NCBI RefSeq assembly: GCF_039654945.1
Contig: NW_027361677.1
Span: 4,838,392-4,900,000, forward strand
Origin: Dendrobates tinctorius
Taxonomy: Eukaryota
DNA length: 61,609 nucleotides
Direction of reading: 5' to 3'
A model generated the notes under the pieces. That model did not search any database. It was given only the letters and a program-made list of their open reading frames with translations, and was not told where the DNA came from. The stretch's first letter is position 1; every line of letters starts with the position of its first letter. Below, piece by piece: positions 25,402 to 37,149 of this stretch. The translations under genes were made by a program, and so were the position numbers.

Positions 25402-27031
25402 CAGTTAGGTCCATATATATTTGGACAGAGACATTTTTCTAATTTTGGTTCTAGACATTACCACAATGAATTTTAAACAAAACAATTCAGATGCAGTTGA
25501 AGTTCAGACTTTCAGCTTTCATTTGAGGGTATCCACATTAAAATTGGATGAAGGGTTTAGGAGTTTCAGCTGCTTAACATGTGCCACCCTGTTTTTAAAG
25601 GGCCCAAAAGTAATTGGACAATTGACTCCAAGGCTATTTCATGGACAGGTGTGGGCAATCCCTTCGTTATGTCATTCTCAATTAAGCAGATAAAAGACCT
25701 GGAGTTGATTTGAGGTGTGGTGCTTGCATTTGGAAGGTTTTGCTGTGACGGAAACAACGGTCAAAGGAGCTCTCCTTGCAGGTGAAACAAGCCATCCTTA
25801 AGCTGCAAAAACAGAAAAAAACCATCCGAGAAATTGCTACAACATTAGGAGTGGCAAAATCTACAGTTTGGTACATCCTGAGAAAGAAAGAAAGCACTGG
25901 TGAACTCATCAATGCAAAAAGACCTGGGCGCCCACGGAAGACAACAGTGGTGGATGATCGCAGAATAGTCTCCATGGTGAAGAGAAACCCCTTCACAACA
26001 GCCAGCCAAGTGATCAACACTCTCCAGGAGGCAGGCGTATCAATATCCAAATCTACCATAAAGAGAAGACTGCATGACAGTAAATACAGAGGGTTCACTG
26101 CACGGTGCAAGCCACTCATAAGCATCAAGAATCAAAAGGCTAGACTGGACTTTGCTAAAAAAAATCTAAAAAAACCAGCACAGTTCTGGAAGAACATTCT
26201 TTGGACAGATGAAACCAAGATCAACCTCTACCAGAATGATGGAAAGAGAAAAGTATGGCGAAGGCGTGGTACAGCTCATGACCCAAAGCATACCACATCA
26301 TCTGTAAAACACGGCAGAGGCAGTGTGATGGCTTGGGCATGCATGGCTGCCAGTGGCACTGGGTCACTAGTGTTCATTGATGATGTGACACAGGACAGAA
26401 GCAGCCGAATGAATTCTGAGGTATTCAGAGCCATACTGTGTGCTCAGATCCAGCCAAATGCAGCCAAACTGATTGGTCGTCGTTTCATACTACAGATGGA
26501 CAATGACCCAAAACATAAAGCCAAAGCAACCCAGGAGTTTATTAAAGCAAAGAAATGGAATATTCTTGAATGGCCAAGTCAGTCACCTGATCTCAACCCA
26601 ATTGAGCATGCATTTCACTTGTTAAAGACTAAACTTCAGACAGAAAGGCCCACAAACAAACAGCAACTGAAAACCACCGCAGTGAAGGCCTGGCAGAGCA
26701 TCAAAAAGGAGGAAACTCAGCATCTGGTGATGTCCATGAGTTCAAGACTTCAGGCAGTCATTGCCAACAAAGGGTTTTCAACCAAGTACTAGAAATGAAA
26801 TGAAATGAATGTCCAATTACTTTTGGTCCCTTTAAAAACAGGGTGGCACATGTTAAGGAGCTGAAACTCCTGAACCCTTCATCCAATTTTAATGTGGATA
26901 CCCTCAAATGAAAGCTGAAAGACTGAACTTCAACTGCATCTGAATTGTTTTGTTTAAAATTCATTGTGGTAATGTCTAGAACCAAAATTAGAAAAATGTT
27001 GTCTCTGTCCAAATATATATGGACCTAACTG
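25402..27031 (+). mobile_element. Full-length DD34E Tc1 transposon (1630 bp, ~215-bp TIRs, TA TSD)
   Basis: TA-CAGTTAGGTCCATATATATTTGGACAG...GGACCTAACTG-TA. Confidence 0.95.
25776..26792 (+). CDS. Tc1 transposase DD34E, open frame but no ATG start
   Basis: GRPRK, WTDETK and QMDNDPKH-34-[11 protein letters not shown] opens at TTG; an in-frame TGA lies at 25746 and there is no upstream ATG. Confidence 0.8.
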   Translation: MQVKQAILKLQKQKKTIREIATTLGVAKSTVWYILRKKESTGELINAKRPGRPRKTTVVDDRRIVSMVKRNPFTTASQVINTLQEAGVSISKSTIKRRLHDSKYRGFTARCKPLISIKNQKARLDFAKKNLKKPAQFWKNILWTDETKINLYQNDGKRKVWRRRGTAHDPKHTTSSVKHGRGSVMAWACMAASGTGSLVFIDDVTQDRSSRMNSEVFRAILCAQIQPNAAKLIGRRFILQMDNDPKHKAKATQEFIKAKKWNILEWPSQSPDLNPIEHAFHLLKTKLQTERPTNKQQLKTTAVKAWQSIKKEETQHLVMSMSSRLQAVIANKGFSTKY

Positions 27032-27045
27032 TATCACACTCACAT

Positions 27046-28111
27046 TGTACATATGGGATTAATTATAACTGGGGAAGTGAAAAAGAGCTGACACTTCATC
27101 CTCCATTGAAGTAAGATCTCCTGCCGTGAACAGGTAATTGCAACAAGGGATCTACTGAAAACCAGCCAACAAGTCTAGGATTCGTATACTCGGAGGCAGA
27201 GAAGTATATGAGCTTCCTCTGTTCAATGGAATTATCTCAGACTCTCTGGAGTCAGTGGTCGTTAATGAATATTTAGGTTTGCATCGACCTGATATTTATG
27301 GGAGATATATTGTTGGTGTTGTAGCAAAGTGACGAACATAACGCATTCACTCACATCACCATAAGGCCAACCGAACACCTCCAACTTAATTTCAGCAGGA
27401 TGGATGATGCTATCCATGCCATGTTCCATCTCTATAGAAAAGTAAAATTGTGATAAGAAAAATGACAACAATATCTCCCGCATGGGACCTCCAGGGATAA
27501 TGATATCCTGAAAGTTGTGAATCTCTAACTTCTATAAGACCTAGCATATCTCAAGACCAGCCCCCCCATATGACCTCACCAAAGGGAGGTATGTGGGCAT
27601 AACCTTGATCTAATGAAAAGCAGAGTTTGGGTTATTGACATTTGTCAGTCCTGGAACATACAGCTTGCTGTGGTTCTGTCTGTTTTCCTAAAAAGGAGTG
27701 CATCCCTCTGCTAAGCTCATAGCCATTTCTGTGACACAAGTTTAGTACTTTTCTTTTGTTAACCCTTTTATTTTGTCAGTTTATATTTTTTGTGTTGTTC
27801 TGTTCCCATTTTGTAACATCTTTGTATATGAATTTATAAGCTACCTTTCCGCATTAAATATATCAAATGTAATAGATCTGTTCCTCTTGTTCTGTAAACC
27901 ACACCTCTGAAGCCATACTCTACCTGTAACGGGTGTCAAATCAGCCTGTATAAACTATTGGTGGTGGCAGCTAGTAGTTCTTTTGTTAATGTGGAGTCGG
28001 CAGTGATTGTATCAGGGTTTATTGTGAGATCACCAATAACCGAACTATTGTGTACTTACTATTGTGTAATTGTCCTGACGATTAGAGGCAGCGGAGTTGT
28101 GTCCCCTGACA
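27046..28111 (+). mobile_element. Possible LTR (ERV/Gypsy) remnant
   Basis: TG...CA-bounded ~1 kb segment with LTR-like composition (T-rich block, ATTAAA); TSD not found. Confidence 0.3.
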
Positions 28112-29612
28112 GTGTGAATAATCCATGAGCCAAAGTGAGAACTTCCAATCAGGGGGCGACCTGCTCTGACTACAATGGGGAATCCATTTGCTAAATATGC
28201 AGTCCATTTTACACTCCTTCCCATCTACAATTACAAGGGGGTAATTTCACTTACGGCTGCTTATTTCAATATCCAAGCCAGCCTCCTTCTTTGTCAATAC
28301 AGTTCTACTCACATGCTTACACAGGAAATGCTGCTCGGTTTCAGACACACAACGAAAGAGGACCTCTCTGGGCCCAGAATCAATTCATGGTGAAGGATTA
28401 ACCCCTTTATGACCGTCCATATGTATTTTAAAGGGACTTTAGGTTAAGAGTAGAGTTGAGCGACTTTGGTCGGATCGGGTTTCATGAAACAAAATTTGTT
28501 TCAAATGAAACTGGTCCGGCTAGGGCAAAAAGTCGGAGTTTCGTCCGAAACCCGACCCCAATGCAAGTCAATGGGAAATAAAAGTCGGCATTGAGTGGAT
28601 GACATACTGTATACATACAGTTCTTTTCACATGTTTACACAGGAAATGCTACCCCGAGTTGGACACAAATCTGGACTCCGTACTGGAGCTTGGAGCTGAA
28701 TATGAGGAACTAAGACAGGAACTAAATTATTAAACAATATACGGTATTTTATTTTACGGTATATACGGTATTTTTTTTAGAAGAAGGCCCCTGTGCAAGA
28801 ACAGAATAGGGGCCCTTGGCATCCCAATAGGGCAATGTGTATAATACCATGGTGTAGACTGATGGTGAGGTGGCCAGGCATGTGGGACAGCAGCCCGGAG
28901 AAATACACGCTTTGTACTTCGGGTGCACACTGGTTAGCGACCTTCTGCCCAATATGCTGTCTTCAGCAAAAGGTGAAATTGCATAATCATCTTCTGCAAA
29001 CTTCGAAAACTGTTTTTTTTTTTTAATCTTATACACTTTATATAAAAGTAGGTAAAATTTGAGGAAACAGTCATCTATATAGCTGACATGGCTGTTCCTC
29101 TCCTGTCGTCTACATTGAGCAGAGCACCATGATGTACCCAACAATAAGCTAGAAAATCCTTATTGGAAATAAGTGCACACTGTGATGGATTTTTTTCTGT
29201 TTCCCTGGATTATAAAGCGTTGATGGCCACGCTTTTCAGCACAGTGAAAAACGCTCATACATACCGCCCTAAAATATGCTACTTTCCATTCATTTTTGAT
29301 AGTTATTGGTCGGCAGCTATTCCTTCCACCATCCCCTTATACGTGCATGCTCAGCCTTGTCATGCGTGCATGTGTTCTCAGTGGGGAGAGGGGAATAAGC
29401 TGCTGTCAGACGCTTGTGCATGGTAAATGGCCAAGTGGCACCTTGGAGATATGTGTATTCAGATGCTGTAATGTTGACCAAGGTTTCAGACCTTAATTAG
29501 TCTTAGGGTTATGGCTTGTTCACTATCATCATTAGGAAAGGTCAGGTTATGTAAATTTCCCAGCTTTCTAAAAACCCAGCCTCCTCTATCCTTGTGCCAA
29601 AAAACAGCAGCC

Positions 29613-30602
29613 ATGGGTTATTCTAAGCAGCTGCCTAGCACTCTGAAAATGGTGCAGGCCCACAAAGCAGGAGAAGGCTATAAGAAGACAGCAAAGCGTT
29701 TTCAAATTGCCCTTTCCTTAATTCGAAATGTAATTAAGAAATGGCAGCTAACATGAACAGTGGAGGTCAAGATAAAGTTTGGAAGACCAAGAAAATTTTA
29801 GTGAGAGCTGTTGGTAAGATTGCTAGAGAGGCTTATCAAAACCCCCCGCTTAACTGCAAAAAAACTTCAGATAGATTTAGCACGCTCTGGAGTTGTGGTA
29901 CATTGTTCTACTCTTCAGAGACACCTGTACAAATATTGCCTTCACGGCAGGGTCATCAGAAGAAAACCTCTCTTGCAGCCTCACCATAAAATTCAGAGTC
30001 AGAAGTATGCAAAAGAATATCTAAATAAGCCTGATGCCTTTTTGAAACAGGTCCTGTGGACCGAGGAGGTTAAAATAGAACTTTATGGCCGCAATGATCA
30101 GAGGTATGTGTGCAGAAAAAAGGGCACAGAATTTTAGGAAAATAACATCTCACCAACCATTAAGCATGGGGGTGGATCAGTCATGCTTTGGGGTGTGTTG
30201 CAGCCAATGGGACGGGGAACATTTCACGGGTAGAGGGAAGAAATTGGTTCATTGATAATTCTTGATGCCAACATAACACCATCGGTAAAAAAGCTGAAGT
30301 TGAAAAGAGGATGGCAAATGGATAATGATCCTAAACACATAAAATTCACAATAAACGACCTCAAAATGCCCAATATTAAAGTTTTACATAGGCCCTCACA
30401 GTCCCCTGATCAGAACGTCATTGAAAATCTATGGCTAGACCTCAAAACAGCAGAGGATGGAAGACGACCCAGGAATCTCACAGAACTGGAAGAATTGTCC
30501 AAGGAACAATGGATGAAAATCCCTCAAACTAGAATTGATAGATTCTTGGCTGCTATAAAAAGTGTTTACAAGCTTGCAAAAGGGGGTGTTACTAGGTACT
30601 AA
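29613..30602 (+). pseudogene. Degenerate Tc1 transposase
   Basis: MGYSKQLP...GEGYKK, VLWTEEVKIEL, MDNDPKH, SPDQNVIENLW and AKGGVTRY split by frameshifts. Confidence 0.85.
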
Positions 30603-31207
30603 CCATGGCCTTAAAATGCATCTGCATTATGACTGAAAATCACAACCCAATCAAGAGTCCAACCATGGGTGAGGAAATTAAGATGCATTAAGGCTGCAAG
30701 TCCAAGTCTGACCATGGGCTTAGAAACGTAACTGTAAAATGGCCATAAATCCAAACCTAACAATCAGTCTTAATTAAGCATGGCCATAAAAAGGCATATT
30801 CGTTATGGTTGAAAATCCCAGCACAATCAAGGGTATAAGCATTGGTGCAGAAATGCACATGCAATATGGTTGCAAGTCTCAGTCTATGAAGACATGGTGT
30901 GAAGAAATGCACCTGCATATATGCCGCAAATTCCAACCCAAACATGGATCTGAACCATGGGCTTAGAAATGCACCTGCATTATGGCAGCAAAACTCAACC
31001 AAACCATGCGTCCAACCATAGGTGCAGAAATTCACCTGCATTCTGGAAACAAAAGTACCTGCCCAACAATAGGTCCAACCACATGCACAGAACTGCACGT
31101 GCCTTATGGCCGCAAATCCCAGCACATCCATGGGTCCAACCATGGGCTTAGAAATGCACCTTTATTATGGCCGCAGGTCTCATGGCCTAACCACGGGTGT
31201 AGAAATG
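30603..31207. repeat. Degenerate ~60-bp tandem repeat
   Basis: Recurrent AACCATGGGCTTAGAAATGCACCTGCATTATGGCCGCAAA motif. Confidence 0.75.
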
Positions 31208-31532
31208 CATAATAATTTTTATTTCTATAGTGCCAACATGTTTCGCAGCACTTTACATTACAGAGGGGACGTGTAGAGACAATAAAGACATTACAGAATA
31301 ACACATAACTCAGACACATTAGGAGCGATGGTCCTGATCACAAGCTACAGTCTATGATGAAATAGGGGAGATATGAAAGGTATTTCATATTTGTATTTGT
31401 GTAGGTATTTGTATTGTATGAGTGGACCAAGAGTTCCAGGAGTTTAGAGATGAAGAGAAGATTAGAGACAGGTCTGTTGTTAGTGTTAGTTGAGCAGTTC
31501 TGGTCGAGGGATCGTTTTTTAAGTAATGGATG

Positions 31533-32453
31533 TGTTATGAATGGGTCACCGAGGAGGATAGCAGGACCAGGCTAAGCCACCTGAAAACCAGAGAGGTTGG
31601 TATCTAAGCGGATTGCAGACCCCTGATCCTCTCTACACAACTAGCAGTAGCCGTGGAGCGTACCTATGATGCCCTAGATGCCTCGGCACAGCTGGAGAAC
31701 TAACTCAGCCTAAAGCAAGAAAGGTGAAATCTAACCTGCCCCAGAGCAGACCCCAAAGGAATAGATAGCCCCCAAACATATATTGTCGGTGAGACAAGAT
31801 GAAACACAAACGCAGGTAGGAAAATAGACTGAGCAAATGATGGGGCCCAAACTGACTAGACAGGACATGAAAGGAAAGACACTGTTTGCAATCACGCAAA
31901 AACCCTGAAAAATCCAACACATCTGATGCACAAAAAACACTGAAGTCACACGACTTCGCCCCCCACTATATCAGCACTCTGGTATATACTGAAAGCAAAG
32001 CAAAAAGAGACCAATATAACAGGGGCCAGAACAAACTGACACAAGCAATAACATATGGGCGGTGATCCAGCACAGCCCCAGCCGGAGCAAGCTGACCCGC
32101 ACACAGCAGAGATAGACAAAACCAGATCAAATGCAAAAAGATTAGCAAATGAGCCACTTAGCTGAACCATGCAGGAACAGAGCAGGAGACATCAGATCTC
32201 AGAAGGCACAGGAAGAAAATCACCAGCAGGGATTGAAGGAAGTCAGCTGTCTTAAATAATCCAGTCAGAAACCCCAGATCTCCAATCGTCGTCATCATCA
32301 GGTGGCAAGCCTCTGTCCATCTGACCAAATCCACTACCTCCAGTAACCACCAGAGGGAGCCCAGAAAGAGAACTCGCAACACCTCTGTCAATCTGACCAG
32401 CTCCACTACCTTCAGTAACCACCAGAGGGAGCCCAGAAAGGGAATTCACAACA
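31533..32453 (-). mobile_element. Solo LTR family A, copy 1 (TSD GGATG)
   Basis: TGTTATGAAT...TTCACAACA flanked by GGATG; homologous to 33699-34559 and 53478-54271. Confidence 0.85.
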
Positions 32454-33698
32454 GGATGTATGATGGCTTGTTTAAATGAGGAAAGAAAGATACCCGGTGA
32501 GAGCGTTAGTTAGGTGAGTGGTGACAGCCGGTGATAGAGACTGGAGGAGATGTGAGGGAATAGGGTTACTGCTGCAGGTAGTAGGGAGAAAAGATGCAAG
32601 GAGCCTGGGTCACTACTTCATACGTGACTGGTGACAGCTTTATGGCTGCAAGCCCATCCATGGGCACAACTATTACTTTTTTTTTTAAAAATGACCTATC
32701 TTTTCACTGACCCTGAATTTCACATATCTACCCTGAGCTAGCTTCTCTTCATCCCCTCTCTCCCTTTTTCCTACTAAAGCCATATTTGTGCTCATTTTCC
32801 AAAGGCAGCAGAGTAAAGACGAAACACATTCTTAGCCAAGAGGTAAACCAGTTTTTGCAATGCAATTGTTTGTTGGTAAAGAATGAAAAACTTGTGGCTC
32901 TGCTGGATGACCATGTTTCTTTGGGCTCACTACTGCAGAACGCTGTCTAGAAGTTGAAGCCTGTAAATTACGAGTTAAATTTTACAGTGAGCCATCACAC
33001 AAGGAAGTCTCTCCGTTAAATACCTAGAATTAGCCTGTGTCATCTCACGACCTAAATTACCTAGTATTTACCTTGTATTTCGAAACCACAGCTACTATTT
33101 ACCACCACTACTACACCGGACATGTTTGCTTAACAGCATTAAACATTAGATAACTACATATGTACATGGGCTGGTGAATATGGCAGGGGGTACACAAAGC
33201 TAAAACAAGTCCATCATGTAGATGGTTACTTCTGAGTCATTTATCAATCTGTCCTTGTTACTTGCCGCCAACGGAGGACAAGCCAAGTGATCAATGTCAA
33301 TGTATGATTCTTCAAGGGCACAAGGAAAATCACATTGATGTACAGTATGCAATACCAATGTCTACCATGTCTGTAACTAAGATATCACATCAACAGAAGA
33401 CGATGCCAAACCATGAAACGCAGCCCAGGACCATATCTCCAAAGTCCATGGACATCAGAACTTCAGATGATATTGAGAGAGAAAGATCAGCCAATCAGAA
33501 TTTCAATACTTGATCGTTTTCATTTTCAGGGTAGAATAGTCACTATAATAAGTGTTTATCAGCGGTTTTCTCCTCTCTTTCGGCTTAAAAACACCAGTAC
33601 TTGCTAATCTGTTTGTTCAGGTATATGGAAAAGTCGAGAGAGAGAGGTGTTTTCTGAACGAACGTTGAACCGACAGCTATCCCAACTTAAAGGGGATC

Positions 33699-34559
33699 TG
33701 TTATGAATAGGTCACTGAGGAGGATGGCAGGACTAGGCTATGCCACCAGGAAACCAGAAGGGTTGGTAACTTAGCGGATTGCAGACCCCTAATCCTAACC
33801 ACACAACTAGTAGTAGCCGTGGAGAGTACCTATGATGCCCTAGACGCCTCGGCACAGCCGGAGAACTAACTAAGCTTAAAGCAAGAAAGGTGAAATCTAA
33901 ACTGCCCTGAGTAGAACCCCAAAGAAATAGGCCCCAAACATATATTGTCGGTGAGACAAGATGAGGCACAAACACAGGCAGAAAATAGACTGAGCAAATG
34001 ATGGGGCCCAAACTGTCTAGATAGGATAGGAAAGGAAAGACACTGTCTGCAATCACGCAAAAACTCTAAAAAATCCAACACGTCTGATGTACAAAAAACA
34101 CTGAGGTCTCACGTCCTCTCCCCCACTATATCAGCATTCTGGTGTGAACTGGCAGCAAAGCAAAAGAGACTAATATAACAGGGGACTGAACAAACTGACA
34201 CAAGCTGTAACATATGGAGCGGGGTCCAGCATAGCCCCAGCAGGGAGCACGCTGAACCCTCACAGCAAAACAGAAAGAGGCAAAACCAGATCAGATGCAA
34301 AGGATTAGCAAATGAACAACTTAACTGAAAAATGCAGGATCAGGCAGGAGACAGCAGACCTCAAAATGCACAGGAAGAAACAAATCACCAGCAGCAACTG
34401 AGGGAAGCCTGCTCACTTATATCCTCCCAGTCAGTAACCCCTGATTTCCAATCATCGTCGTCAGGTGGCAGACTTCTGTCAACCCGGCCAGCTCCACTAC
34501 CCGCAGTAACCACCAGAGGGAGCCCCGACTCAGAAGTCAGATCAAGAGAATTCACAACA
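33699..34559 (-). mobile_element. Solo LTR family A, copy 2 (TSD GGGATC), inserted into the terminus of a T2 MITE (33688-34940)
   Basis: TTAAAGGGGATC[TGTTATG...CACAACA]GGGATCTATCAC...GTGACAGGTCCTTCTTAA. Confidence 0.85.
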
Positions 34560-35014
34560 GGGATCTATCACTTATCCTAAATATGTTTTTCTTAAAACAG
34601 TTGTAAATGCCGAGGTTCTCCTGAATCCGGTGCTGTTTTCCTTTTGTTCCTGCGCCTCTCCATTCCTGAGATATGACCACCTCTTCTCTGTATGTAAATG
34701 TAGTCATTTATCAAAGTGGGCGTAGTTCTTGCAAGATTAGACTCCCACAGAGAAGCGTTCAAGTCCGCGCCCCCTCTGATAACAAGACTAGACTCATATA
34801 CAGGAAGAGAGGGCCATATCTCTGGAACAAAGAGGAGCAGGAAAAAAAAGAAAAACTACTCCGGATTCAGGAGAACAGCAGCATTTACACCAGATAAACT
34901 AAAAATGACACGTGTGTGGCAAGTGACAGGTCCTTCTTAAGTCTTTTATGCCGTCTGTCATATTTATTGACTGCTAGATTACAATCCATTAAGTCATAAC
35001 TGTAAGCTTAGCCT

Positions 35015-35388
35015 AAAAGGGGTATTCCGATCTCCACGATCCTATCCCAACATGTAGTAGGTGTAATAATAATAATATTAGCAAATAACTACAATTAGAA
35101 ATGTTAGTGTAGTTCTTCTGATTTTCTATGTCTCTTACCCCATGTGCAGGGCATTGCAGTAGCTTAAGTATCCATGGTTATAACCACTAACAACTAACTG
35201 TTGCTATGAGTTTTCATAACCATGGATGCCTAAGCTACTGCAATGCCCTGTACATTAGGTAAGTGACGGCGAATCAGAAGAACTAGACTACATTTCTAAT
35301 TGGAGGTATTTGCTAATATTATTATTATTATTATTATTAAACCTACTACTTATTGGGATAGGATCTTGGAGATGGGAATACCCATTTA
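35015..35388. mobile_element. T2-type palindromic MITE
   Basis: GGGGTATTCCGATCTCC...GGAGATGGGAATACCC; ~180-bp inverted arms. Confidence 0.8.
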
Positions 35389-35651
35389 GCTTAAGGCATA
35401 TATGGATTGTGACATATGATATCTTACGAGAAGGCACACCTGCACTCAGGGAGTGGTTGTGCTTCTGGGAATTCTCCTAATCAGTTATAATGGGAGGATC
35501 AGCAAAGGAGGAAATTCTTGTCTATGCAAGGAGTGCTGGTCGTATACAGAAAGTTAAAAAGTTGCCAAAGACCAGAGATGACTGTCTCTCCTTACTCTCC
35601 CATGTGTTTTCAAGGTGGAGAGAGGACAAAGCTGATGTCAGACTCCTCTTT

Positions 35652-35875
35652 TGGTGGCTCCGTGGTTATCACTGTATCTTTGCAGCGCTGGGGTCCTGGG
35701 TTCAAATCCCAGCAAAGACAACATCTGTAAGGAGGTTGTATGTTCTCCCAGTGTTTGCGTGGGTTTCCTCCCACACTCCAAAGGCCTACTGATAGGGAAT
35801 GTAGATTGTGAGCCCCATTGGGGACAGGGATGATGAGGTTTTTAATGCGCTGCGGAATATGATGACACATGAATA
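35652..35875 (+). mobile_element. tRNA-derived SINE (V-SINE-like) with L2-like tail
   Basis: A-box-like TGGCTCCGTGG, B-box GGTTCAAATCCC, TTCTCCCAGTGTTTGCGTGGGTTTCC core and GCGCTGCGGAATATG tail; a partial sibling lies at 52290-52420. Confidence 0.75.
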
Positions 35876-37149
35876 ATCTGCGCATTGAATTTCCAGCCTT
35901 CCAATCCTTCTTTCCTCCCACAGATCAGTTGGAATCACTGTCCTTCGCTGCAAAATTTCACCGATGTGAATCTTCAGCTTTATCATTGATGTTTCGCCCA
36001 TATCGACAACACCTCTGGAGCCACCGATTTGCTGGAAACCCCAGTTTTAGTAAATATTTACCTTGATGAAACACGTGGCCTTTTTCGATTGTATTATCTA
36101 CACGATGAACAATGAAGTCTGCGCGACTCTTCTGCAAACGTGAAATTCCTGTAAAATGACTCAGGCTGATATTCAAAAGAACACGAGGCGCAGAAAATAA
36201 AGTGCAAAGTCATGGTACAAATCCCCACCAACAGTGCAAGGACCCGAAGGTAAAAGCAAAAGGAGGAACTCCTACTAATCCATAATTATGTAAATTTTAT
36301 GCAGAATTCTGGTCAGTTCGGAACAGTCAACAGTGCTCCTCTTAAAGGGATAGTACTGGGTTAGAAAAACATGGCTTCTTCTGAAAACAGCACCACACTT
36401 GTCAGCAGGCTGTATTTAGTATCGCATCCTAAGCTGCAATGCCAGACACAATCTGTGGACTAGTGTGGTGCTGTTTTCAAAAGAAAGCTAGTTTGTCCAG
36501 TCCTGTGCAACCCCTATAAAGAGCTTTTTTATTTCTAATACAAAAATTAACAAAAATTAGTTTTGGCATTTTCTTCTTCTGTAAAATGTCTTGACCCAAT
36601 TGTGAAAATGTATAATTGCTGGGGGTCCAACTGCGCGACCACTCCAGCTGGATGTGACATGACTTCTACACTAGATATCTCATGCTGGCACATCAGAGCT
36701 CCACAAAGAAAGGTAGCGTTTTTACTGGGGGGCAGACTACTACACAGTCATAACACTACTTGCTGACGGGTTCCTTTTACGCTCTAAGGGCTCATTCACA
36801 CGTCCATTTTTGCATGCGAGTGCTACCTGTGTTATTCATAGAGAAGATTTGTACCTAGAATAGTGAATGGGTGATTGAGATGTCTGAATGACCCCGAGTG
36901 GTCCCCGCAAAATCGAAAAGACGTCATATTTTGATTCGGGCGTCAGATCAAAATCAGCAATGCAATCACGGGTCTGTGAAAAAATGGGACAGCACTCGGA
37001 AGCCACACGTGTTGTCCAGTTTTCACAAACTGATAGGTAAGAAAAGATGGATCATTTTTTAATTTTTTTTTACGCACAAGAAAAATTTATGAAACTCGGA
37101 CTAAACCTTGATAAAGCTCTGTCAAAACTCTGATAATACTCTGATAAAG

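Noticed and set aside
35652-35720. tRNA gene (A/B boxes)
   Set aside because: No cloverleaf; continues into a SINE core and tail.
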